64,000 nucleotides of DNA from Macrostomum lignano (taxonomy: Eukaryota). The translations under genes were made by a program, and so were the position numbers. Location of the stretch: contig NIVC01002605.1 in assembly GCA_002269645.1 (NCBI GenBank), positions 93,270 to 157,269 of the forward strand. Direction: 5' to 3'. The notes under the pieces were generated by a model that saw nothing but the letters and a program-made list of their open reading frames with translations, searched no databases and was not told where the DNA came from. Positions 14,101-26,100 of the stretch are shown one piece after another; the first letter of the stretch is position 1, and each line of letters starts with the position of its first letter.

Positions 14101-17100
14101 TGAACAGAACGTTCACAAAGCATGGTTACAGTTAACAGTAACATGTGACCCTATTGTCACGAATAAGAATTGTCACATTAAGCGGTCAGCAGCGTTACGG
14201 ACACAAGTGAAACGGTCACAGACCCTTTTTGTCTTTTTGTCACCATGATGCGTTTTATGCGGTCATCATGGTTAACTTCGGTTAACTTTTTTGCAGTATT
14301 ATATTATGTAGTACGTGTGCTGTATTATTAGTTTTAAAATACATCAGTAAAGACAGTTGTGATTGTGCACTATTCCGTTGACTTTAATTATTTATGTGGA
14401 TTTATCAAACATACATGTAGGTGTAATTGTAGGAATGTTAAAACTTATGGCAGAAATTGTTGCTGAAAGTTATTATAAAAACTCCATCTCGATGGGGTGC
14501 TTTCGTAGAAATCAGGTGCTAGAAAAATCGTACTCAAAGCGATTTAAAGTCGTGTATATACGAATTTATATGCTTAGGCATTAGTATATTTTTGCGTAGT
14601 ACACTTCAACAACCACAAAAATTAAATGCATAAATGCTAAAACCTGAATTTCCAGCCCATTCGGTGATATGGATGACGAGGAGAAATCAAAACAGGCGCG
14701 TCGCATTTACATGCGTCGGTACATGCTGAAGCGCAGAGCTGAGGCACGGGAGCAATCTCAATCAGCCCCCCTAACTGTCGCTTCCTCAAGCGGCAACTGT
14801 TCAACTGGCCTAGGAGCTGCTATCACTAGTGCGCCAAATGCAGTCCAAGGAGCTGCTAGCGATAGTGTGTCAACTGCCCAAGGAGTAGCTTGCGAGAAAG
14901 ATGGTAGGCTCTTAATTCTGTACTTGGGTAATCTGCAGTTACTACACATTCAAGCTCATAATTATGCACGTTTGTTAGTATAGGTATAGTTGGAAAGTAC
15001 ACCCTATAGTCTATAGGTGTATACTGTATTTTTAGTTATGAAAGCTATAGGTCATTAGGAATTTGGATGACCATTGGAAATTTAACTTCGAAATTTGACG
15101 CTTATGTACCGCCTTCGATTCAGAGGACAATACTAGCGACAGCGACAGCTCCGTCGCTGGCTCCGATGTCTCTGAAGCGATGGACATCGCCGGAGATTCA
15201 GGTGGACCTCTTCCAAGTACTCCTAGTACTTACTCAGGTGACTCAGATAAGCAATTCAGTACATTGGAGTGCATTCAGATTTGTACGTATGCATGTAGCT
15301 ATGGACAGCAAACAATGGACCACGCGGCTTGATTTTGACAAAACAGCTATCGATAACTGCTATCAATTTCAATTTTTAGGTTCTGACGACGACAACATGC
15401 CGGATCCAGGAGAGCTTGAGCCTGAGCCTGAGCCTGAGCCCGACCCAAAGTTGCTCCAGCCATGGCACGAAGCGTTGCCTCCAACACTTGGTGAAGCGCT
15501 GTTGGAACTCGAGTCATTTGCTCAGGACGTCAAACTGTCCCGTGAAAGTGTTACACGGCTTCTAACGCTCTTTCATCGTCTGGCACCGGGTAATAGGCTG
15601 CCACGGACTGGGCGAGCGGCGCGCAACGCGCTCAAGTCTGTGCAGATGTCTACTGGCACGTCTAAATGTTGGACAGTGTGCAATGTCTGCTATAGGAATA
15701 GCCCTGGCCGAACGGAAGACAACAATGAAGCATGTAGTCACTGCCAGTCACCTAAAGTGGCAAACTTTTGGGTCTTCGATGTTAAAAACCAGCTCGAGAC
15801 CTTTGTGTCGGCCCGCAGGTTGCTAGATCTTATCGTGTTCCCTGCAGACAAGCACGTGCCAAATGATGTGCTCCACGAGGCCAACAGTGAACTCTATCGG
15901 GACTATACAACGAGTATTGTGCCTGAAGATCGGAGTGACTTGGCCATAATGTTGTCCTTTGACGGCTTCGCTCTGTACTCGACGAGTCCCGTTGAAGTAT
16001 GTCCTATCTATTTCTGCTTCCTAGAACTTCCTGAGCGGTACAAGCTCCGGTTTGTTGTGAAGGTGGGCGTCTGGGTCAGCAACCGGATCGTCAGAAAGGT
16101 GCACCCAGCTGCATTTTTACCAATCGTAATTGACGTTATTAACGAATTGCGATTCAACGGCATTGCTTTTGTGGATCGCCAAGGCATGCACCGCCGTTTG
16201 CGTCTACACGTCCTAATCGGCATGTTTGACGCACCTGCAAGAGCCGATGCGTTGGGACTCAAAAGGTTTTCGGCCGTGTTTGGGTGCGACAAGTGCTACT
16301 TGGAGACATCTCTGCACCCCTCGGGTCATGGCCGTGTGTACGGGCAAGCAGTCACCGCTGCAATGCAGAGGAACGCCAGAAAAAAGGGGTGTCTGCAGAC
16401 GGTCGTCCGCACGATGACCGACACCGCCTCTATTGTAAGCAGACTGCCAGTGCGTGTCGGGGTCGGATGGCACCCCCGAATAAACATTCTGGGTGTCCGT
16501 GCTCAGTCGCCACTGGCTCAACTATGCGGCTTTGATATCATGCGCGGCACTCCATCCTGTTATCTACACCAACTGTGCTCTGGCTTGGTAAAAAACATTC
16601 TCTTCCAACTCTTCCTAGACCGGCCAGACAAGCCCGACCGTGGCATAACCAACTGTCCGGACCTCAGCTCTCAGGCCACAATTGACAATGTGCAACTTGA
16701 GTTGCAGAAACTTCGGCTACCCAGTTGTGTTCAACGCCACACTATTCGTCCTCTAAGGGATTTGCGACACTTGCGCGGCCATGAGCTGGAGATCTGGTTG
16801 TTTGCCATTGTGCCGCTAGTATTGGAAGACTTTCTTCCCGCTGATCACTACCAGCAACTAATGGTGCTTTCATCGGCCTGTTTCTGGTTGACGCTGGAGG
16901 GCGCGCCTCTTAGTGAGCTGCGGCACGTCGACATCTCGCTGCGGCAATTCCATGAGCATTTAGACCAGCTTTATTCCCTCAGAGCGTTGACATACAACGC
17001 ACATCATGTATGCAGGCACATGGTCACTTCTGCTAAGTTGGCTGGGCCCGTACATAAACTATCTGCAGGTATATTCGAATCCATGCACACACGCCTGCGT

Positions 17101-20100
17101 GACCAGCTCCATGGAACGCGTCGGAACGATGTGGAGTTAGTAGGCGTTGTTGAGCGCGAGTTTGCCCAACTCCAAGCGCGAGTTCGACTGCAAGATGCCG
17201 TCCCAGGTGGCATGCCTGTACCGCATCCGGATCGTCCGCGCACTGAATTGCTGAAGATTGACGGAGTTGTGCTTCGACGCCCTGTTGGTATGTTCGACGG
17301 CTGGCGCTCAGCGGTCCTGGCATCGGGAGCCACAGTCGAGGTGTTCGTCCCGCCGGAAGCGAACAGAAAAGTGATTTCTAGTTTCGTAGCCATTACTGAT
17401 GCATGTTCAAGTACGTCCTTCATTTTTGCTCGCGTCGCCGAACTTCATGCGCATGACAACAATGTGAGGGCGACGGTACACGTTCTACCAGTGCAGGAGC
17501 TCATTGATCCCCTACAAGCTTTGGCGGCTGTGCTCCCGACGTCTGAGAACCGCGGTTGTCGCTTCGCGCATGTTCGGCGACTCCTATCGGATCCGCTTGG
17601 TGATCCTGGAGACTGGCCGATCCTGGCTGTGCCGCTTTCTCGAGTCGTAGGCATGTGCGTTGTATATGACCAAAAGATCGCCTTGTTGCCGCACCCACAG
17701 TTTGGATTCAGCTGAATGAAATAACTCCTCTGTGAAGTATATGCACTTTATGTACCTTGTAATGCGAAGTATATAAACTACAATTATAATTGTATTACAA
17801 TTTACAACTGTATTACAATTACATTACAATTATACTTTAGTAACTACAATTCGTAACACAGCTACTGCTGCTACTACTACTAGCACATATCCTAGTAGCT
17901 TTGAACTACCTAGAACTACCTTTCAACTACCAGCTAGTATAGTAGAGTAATAGTCAGTACTATAGTCACTACTAACTTATTGCTAGTAGTAGTAATAATA
18001 GGAGCGTAGGGCACGGCGTATTGTGTTTGTGGTAGACCAAGCCTCTCGGTGTTTATTGAATCGAAAAATCGAATACAGTGTAACCAGTTATACATTGCGC
18101 CAGTCAGGAAACTGTTATCTGCAACGTTTACCACTGTTTGTCTCTCGTTTACATTTATCGCAGCAGGTATATGTACGTTCTTTAAATAATTATACAAGAC
18201 TCCGTGAAACAAATTTGAGAATGTAGTGCTTCATTAGTGATTACTGTCTCCGTTCTTGTTTGATCAAACGAAGCTGAAAATGCAGTTTTCACCCGTGAAA
18301 TTTACCCGTTCGACGGTTGACTGACTACTTGACTGACTTACTGACTGACTGGCTAACTGACTTACATATAATACTAGTTTATAAATACAATCTCAACTGC
18401 ATACCTCACATTCAACACAAAACTTCACTTGCAGCTAACAACGCGCATGGACTGGAGTAGACTATTGGATGACGAGCTACGTAAGCAACGCATTAATTGG
18501 CTGGGTTCGGACGCTAGCCACGACTCTGATGACTTTGCTACGCCGGATGCAGAAGACCTCCGTGATGATGGCGCGCCAGATAGCCAGGATCCTGATGACT
18601 ACGACACGCCAGATATGGAAGACCTCCGTGATGATGGCGCGCCAGATAGCCAGGATCCTGATGACTACGACACGCCAGATATGGAAGACCTCCGTGATGA
18701 TGGCGCGCCAGATAGCCAGGATCCTGATGACTACGACACGCCAGATATGGAAGACCTCCGTGATGATGGCGCGCCAGATAGCCAGGATCCTGATGACTAC
18801 GACACGCCAGATATGGAAGACCTCCGTGATGGTGCTGGTGCCGCGGATTCGTTCCCGGACGAAGTGGCCACTGTTCCTGAGCAGTTCAGTCCCCAAGTTG
18901 CCAGCACCGCTGCCGCGCACAGAGTGCCTTCTAAGCGTGCTAAGTACACCCTAGAAGATTACAACACGCTGCCGGATGCCGCTCCCGCCATGTACGGCAG
19001 CAGGAAACGGGAGGATCGGTTGCGGCTACCGGCACAGACTTGTACTGAGTGCGAGGGTTGGTACAACCAACTATCCCCGCAGTCCCGTGCGGCTCGGTTG
19101 CAGGCCAATGGGCGGCACCGGCATCGGCGCATTATTCAGGCGCCAAATTTTTTTGCGATCGCAATGCCCCCCTCCCCACCAGAGGCTCCAATTGAATGCA
19201 TGAAAGTGGGTAAACGTAGGCGGCGACCGCTTCGCGATTTGCGAAGCAACCCTTCAGTGTAATGATACACAAGCACAAAGTTCATAATCTGTGTAGCGGC
19301 CGTTATATCGGAGTCACGGACAACAGAAGTAGTAGGACGCTACATTGCAAGGCTGGAGGCCGAGTTTCCAAGGATGCTGTTGTAAAATTGTCATTTTACC
19401 ATCTCATCCGTGTATTTATATTCGACAGTCCCCCTCCAGCCTTGCAGTGTAGCATCCTACTACTTCTAATATCCGCGATAACCGTCTTCATTACTTCATA
19501 GAAGCGTATTAATAGTTTCTCTAATCATCTATTTAACGTTACACTAAAGCTAGACGTTGCTTTGCAAATCCCATAAGACGTCAGATAAGAGGCTATGATC
19601 GATTCTGTCTTGAAACTTAGATGCGAAGCGATGATGAAGCTATGAAGAAGCGAAGATGAAGCGAAGCATTGCTATTTGTTGTGTGTAGAATGATAACTAC
19701 TTACCGGAACATCTTTTGACAAAGTTATCATTAAAAGTTTTTACGAATGACAGCTGCCATATGCATGTCATGTCATGTCATGACAGTTTTGATGGAATTC
19801 GAAGAGTGTCTTCAATTTTTTCTTTAAAAGCTCATTTTCTGTAGTATGCTTGAACTCAGAATTTATTCTCTTTGAGTACGTCTTATCCATTGTTCAAGTA
19901 CCCGCGCTATTCCGCTATTCACTTCTGCGCTTCGTCGCCCTCCTAGAATCACCTCTTAGAATCGCCCTCCTAGAATCACCTCTTAGAATCGCCCTCCTAC
20001 TTCGTACTGTCACCGTTATAGTAATTGGGAACGTATCCTCACCCCCACAGCCTTGGACGGCGACATCAACAGCAATCAGAACAGCAACAGAAATCAACAG

Positions 20101-23100
20101 CAATGGCGACGAAAAGAAAAAAAGGAGAAGGAAAACCGGACGATAACAATAACGTCGATGCCGAAAACCAACCATCCGTTGTCCCTAAGGGAAGTTCGTC
20201 GAAAGTAGTCGGAAGCGCGGACGATCAGCATCAAGTGGCGACGAAAAGGAAAAAAGGAGAAGGAAAACCGGACGATAACAATAACGTCGATGCCGAAAAC
20301 CAACCATCCGTTGTCCCTAAGGGAAGTTCGTCGAAAGTAGTCGGAAGCGCGGACGACCAGCATCAAGTGGCGACGAAAAGGAAAAAAGGAGAAGGAAAAC
20401 CGGACGATAACAATAACGTCGATGCCGAAAACCAACCATCCGTTGTCCCTAAGGGAAGTTCGTCGAAAGTAGTCGGAAGCGCGGACGACCAGGAACAAAT
20501 GACCTCGTTTAAGTCTGAAGTTACGGCTCGGTATTACGTTTTTCAATATTCGGAACATGACAACCGTACGGAGTCAGTTTGCACTGATGCAACTTGCACG
20601 AATTGCGCAATTATTGTTAGCCTTTGCAAGACAACACCATTGCCACTAAATGTCGGCTCCGTAGTCGCAATCGTAACCGCTAAAACTAACAGACTCCGAG
20701 CTAAACGCTACACGGGGACCCTAATAAAGGGTCCCTTTGATAGCAAAGGGGAGGTGGCTGCCGCGGCCAGGCTGACGAACGTGTACGCACCGCCGGCAGA
20801 GCTGCCGCGAACATGCTCATCTTGCCGTGGACTGTCACTTGAACTACAACGAGAAAAGAGTTTATCTGACACTCTACGTAAGTGCTGTTTTTAGCCGCTT
20901 AATGTACTTAAGTTTGTCCCTAAAACTTTCAATACGATGTACTTATTATTCTCAAATTACACAATTCAAATGAGGCGATTGCAACACGCCCTGCAACCAT
21001 GTACATGTACATACCTATCGCAGGTTCCGAACTCCGTGCTTCACAAGCCAAGCAGCAGAAGTTCGAAGATGAAATTCGCGAGCTGGGCCTAAAAATTACG
21101 GCCGGTCGTAAAACTGAAGCTTCATTGCTGAAACAGTTGGACCAAGAACACGGACGGTTTGTCTGTCTTCAGCGCAATGTTTCGACAGCCAACGCTCTAA
21201 TAACGCGTGCGTCCAGCTGCTTGACTGGACTTGTCCAGGCACAATCAGCAGCTTCGGCTGATGCAGATCTGTCTGACCAATCACTGTCTGACGTGGCCGA
21301 AGGCGATGACGGCCGAGAATTTTGTGCGGACTCGACTCTATCCGCAAAAGAGACACGAGCGCTGGTTTCAGCATGCGGATCTACGCCCGACACGCAACCG
21401 GGATCATCTATCTCAAGTCGTGTACCACTGTCAGAGAAGCAGCCTTTTTTACTTGTGACCGTTGGCCATAGGTCCGACCTAGACAGTCGGCACGAGGAGT
21501 ATAAGGTAACGATGAGACACCCGGTAGACATAGACGACGAGGACCACAAAAAAATTGAGGATAAGCGACGCTCAGCGCGATTAACGCTGATGAGGGCTCT
21601 ATTCAGAAGCATATTCACGGACGAGGAACTAGCCTCGTCCAGTCTGTCCGGCCGACGGATTGCAGGCTACAGGTCAGGAGCTGCAAACCCTGGAAAATTG
21701 GCCGCAGCCAAAATGTGGCTGGCGAATGCATCTGTCGTTTACACTCCAGCCGAACTCCACCGAGCGTTCACCCGTTGCGGTGAAACAGCTCGCGAGAAGC
21801 TGGGGTACCCGAAGCGTGTCAGAACCAAGCCGGGTGCCACCAAACCGGGAACCACCATGCCGGCTGCCACCAAGCCGGGTACCAACAAGCCGTCCACCAC
21901 CCAGCCGTCCACCACACAGCCGTCCGACTCTGGCGTACTCGGACATGTTGTCGACATATCGGAGCTGGACGGGAGTGACGACATGCTGAACCTAATAGTT
22001 CGCAATTAGTAACAGAAGAATTTTAAGTTCGACTGTTATGAAACTTCTGTCCGTTTTGGCTGAAATAGGTTGGAGCAAGTTTTCATAGGAATGCAGCAGT
22101 GTTACTCAGTAAAATAATTGCCATCACTGCAATCGATGACCCTCTGCCAACGAGAGGGCAAACTTTGGATGCCAGCTGGCATCCAACACAGCTTCATTAT
22201 CCTCTGCATAGAAAAGTATAAAAACGGACAGAACTTTCCTAACAACCCAATAACTAAAAAATAAAATTTTGTGGTCCCCTTTGGTGTCCGAGGTAGAGCC
22301 CTTAATCTGTAGTTAGTCTATATGGTGCTTAATATATTTCTTAATCTGTGGTGGAGCCCCCAATGTCTACTGTTATAGCGATCCATGGTGGTTTGTCCTG
22401 TGACGGAGGGTGACAGTAAGGAATGTGATCGAGTAGAGGGGAGGTGGGAGATTAGAGGGATGGTGACAGTAGAGAGACTGAGAGAGTAGAGGGTGAGATG
22501 GTTTAGGTGCTTGAGAGAGTAGACGATGGTGACATTGTAGGTGGTGACGTGAGAGGGAACTGGCACTGGCCCTCTGTAAATCACTGATGTCTATTTGAAT
22601 TTGAAAAAAATATACGGAATGTATTGATGGAGTGCAAGGAATGGAAGTATTTCGCCAGGCGTGAATTTTTAAGCCGGAATAACTGCTCCAGACTGTGTTA
22701 CGTGTTTCCCATTTTTTCTTCTCTTAGTAATCAAATTTATGCTGCCAAATCTATCTCCGCGTCAATCGAGATCCGGCTTTTTATCCGGAAATTCACCCGG
22801 CGTTTCATCCACTAAGGAACCCAGTCGCGTTGGTCCGGTTTTTATCCGGAAATTCACCCGGTATTTCATCCTGCACTGCTGATCCGGATTTGATCCGGTT
22901 TGTCGTCCGCATTTACATCCGCTAAAAACCGGAGGGAAACCGGAGATTCTTCCGGATAAACCCCCGGATGTAGACCCGGATGAAAGTACTCAAAATTCAC
23001 ACTCTCATCCGGAATGTTAACAATTTCTCCGGCTTTCGTCCGGTATTTTAAATGGGAATTTTATATTACGAGCCGGATGAAAATTCGGAATTGTGCCCGG

Positions 23101-26100
23101 AGAAATTGCCGGATGATTGGGCCAGGCGGGTTGGGAGCCACGGAAGGAACTCACAACAGATCGACCCACTTAAGGACCACTTTAGCTTGACCCACTCATC
23201 AAGGACCACTTTAGCTTGACCCACTCATCAAGGACCACTTTAGCTTGACCCACTCATCAAGGACCACTATAGCTTGACCCACTCATCAAGGACCACTATA
23301 GCTTGACCCACTCATCAAGGACCACTATAGCTTGACCCACTCATCAAGGACCACTATAGCTTGACCCAGTAATCAAAGACAACTATAGCTTTTTGATCCA
23401 CTTAAGGACCACTTTAGCTTGACCACTCATCAATGACTTGACCACTCAAGGACTAAGTCAAGGACTAAGTAGGTCAAGCTAAAGTGGTCCTTGAGTGAGT
23501 CAAAAAGCTATAGTTGTTTTTGATAGCTTGACCACTCAAGGGCCATTATAGCTTGAGCTTACGCATCAATCAAGGACTACTATAGCTTGACCCAATCAAG
23601 GACCAGTAAAGCTTGACTCCACTTAAAAACTCGCTTAAGGACAACTAGCTAGACTGACTAAATTCAGAAGCAGAAGGATAAAGCACAAAAACTGAGTCAA
23701 CTCAGCTCACCAAACAGTTGAATCGAATCATGCTCTCTAATGTGTCAGACGGCAGCGGCAGTTCGGCGTAGACAGCGCCCGCCACGGTCAGCTGATCGGC
23801 CGGGGTCAGCGGGGTCAGGTGCACCTGTACAAACCGATTGACAAAGGAGCGCGGCAGGCACTTCCTACCGCCGCCCTCCCTAGCCGGATTCTGGCAGGCA
23901 AAGATGCGAGTCCGGCCCGACTGTACAGTAAATGCCCGATTCAATTCCGGAACGAATATTTCTCCGCGGTGATCTAGGCAAGAGTTCAGGCCTTCCAGCA
24001 CCGATTGGCTGGCCAGGTTCATCTCGTCTAGCACAACCCAATGGCCCAGCTGCAGAGCTCGCAGCAGCGGCCCGCTATGCCAGGCAAACCCTAATTCACC
24101 CTCTTTCGGCAAGTCGCTGCCAAACAGGTCGGCAACGTCGGTGTGCTCGGACAGGTTGATTCGAACGAGTCGATGGCCGCTAGCCTTGGCCAGAGCGGCC
24201 ACTAGGCTGGTCTTGCCGACTCCGGGCGAGCCTTCCAGCAGCACAGGCCGGCTGCCGGGCAGTTGAAGGGCTCGCAATAGTCGACGACAATTGGCGTTGG
24301 GGGTGGGCGCCGACAGGCTGAAGTCCGGCGTCGGCTGGGGATTCTGGCCTGCGCATGAGGATAACATTTTCGTTCGATTTTGATGCGATTCTGAGGTGAT
24401 TTTGATGCGATTCTGGGGTGATTTTGATGTGATTCTGAGGTGATTTTGATGCGATTCTGAGGTGATTTTGATGTGATTCTGAGGTGATTTTGATGCGATT
24501 CTGAGGTGATTTTGATGTGATTCTGAGGTGATTTTGATGCGATTCTGAGGTGATTTTGATGTGATTCTGAGGTGATTTTGATGCGAATCTGAGGTGATTT
24601 TGATGTGATTCTGAGGTGATTTTGATGTGATTCTGAGGTGATTTTGATGTGATTCTGAGGTGATTTTGATGCGATTCTGAGGTGATTTTGATGTGATTCT
24701 GAGGTGATTTTGATGTGATTCTGAGGTGATTTTGATGCGATTCTGAGGTGATTTTGATGCGATTCTGAGGTGATTTTGATGTAATTCTGGAGTGATTTTG
24801 ATGTGATTCTGGGGTGATTTTGATGTGACTCTGGGGTGATTTTGATGTGATTCTGGAGTGATTTTGATGTGACTCTGGGGTGATTTTATCCGATTTTGGG
24901 GTGATTTTTATGTGATTTTGAGGTGGTTTTGATGTGATTCTGGGGTGATTTTGATGTGACTCTGGGGTGATTTTGATGTAATTCTGGAGTGATTTCGATG
25001 TAATTCTGAAGTTATTTTGATGTGACTCTGGGGTGATTTTGATGTGATTCTGGAGTGATTTTGATGTGACTCTGGGGTGATTTTATCCGATTTTGGGGTG
25101 ATTTTTATGTGATTTTGAGGTGGTTTTGATGTGATTCTGGGTGATTTTGATGTGACTCTGGGGTGATTTTGATGTAATTCTGGAGTGATTTTGATGTAAT
25201 TCTGGAGTGATTTCGATGTAATTCTGGAGTGATTTTGATGTGACTCCGGGGTGATTTTGATGTGATTCTGGAGTGATTTTGATGCGATTCTGAGGTGACT
25301 TTGAGGTGATTCTGGGGTGATTTTGATGCGATTCTGAGGTGATTCTGAGGTGATTCTGGGGTGATTTTGATGTGATTCTGGAGTGATTTTGATGTGATTC
25401 TGGAGTGATTTTGATGCGATTCTGGGGTGATTTTGATGTAATTCTGGAGTGATTTTGATGTGATTCTGGGGTGATTTTGATGTGACTCTGGGGTGATTTT
25501 ATCCGATTTTGGGGTGATTTTTATGTGATTTTGAGGTGGTTTTGATGTGATTCTGGGGTGATTTTGATGTGACTCTGGGGTGATTTTGATGTAATTCTGG
25601 AGTGATTTTGATGTAATTCTGGAGTGATTTCGATGTAATTCTGAAGTTATTTTGATGTGACTCCGGGGTGATTTTGATGTGATTCTGGAGTGATTTTGAT
25701 GCGATTCTGAGGTGACTTTGAGGTGATTCTGAGGTGATTCTGGGGTGATTTTGATGTGATTCTGGAGTGATTTTGATGTGATTCTGGAGTGATTTTGATG
25801 CGATTCTGGAGTGATTTTGATGTGACTCTGGGGTGATTTTGATGTGATTCTGGAGTGATTTTGATGTGACTCTGGGGTGATTTTATCCGATTTTGGGGTG
25901 ATTTTTATGTGATTTTGAGGTGGTTTTGATGTGACTCTGGGGTGATTTTGATGTAACTCTGGGGTGATTTTGATGTAATTCTGGAGTGATTTCGATGTAA
26001 TTCTGAAGTTATTTTGATGTGACTCTGGGGTGATTTTGATGTGATTCTGGAGTGATTTTGATGTGACTCTGGGGTGATTTTATCCGATTTTGGGGTGATT

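Larger units (their letters stand above)
12062..23130 (+). mobile_element. Full-length, putatively autonomous EnSpm/CACTA (CMC superfamily) DNA transposon, 11,069 bp, antisense in an MDN1 intron
   Basis: Perfect 14-bp TIR CCCGCCTGGCCCAA (12062-12075; reverse complement at 23117-23130), extending to 20/22 bp. 2-bp TSD TT at 12060-61 and 23131-32. Dense TCCGG/CCGGA subterminal repeats at both ends. Internal CACTA-type transposase. Confidence 0.92.

Noticed and set aside
15067-15379. The ORF-track N-terminus of the transposase (MTIGNL...)
   Set aside because: It probably reads through intron and off-frame exon sequence. A better-supported spliced model uses ATG 14669 with two phase-1 introns.
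18429-19262. Calling the CtIP-like ORF the host RBBP8 gene
   Set aside because: It is short, lacks the N-terminal coiled coil and lies inside TIR/TSD-bounded DNA, so no gene symbol was assigned.
22128-22190. Possible hammerhead ribozyme (TCGATGA-stem-GCAAAC-stem)
   Set aside because: The core deviates from CUGANGA/GAAA, and no stem I or NUH cleavage site can be closed.
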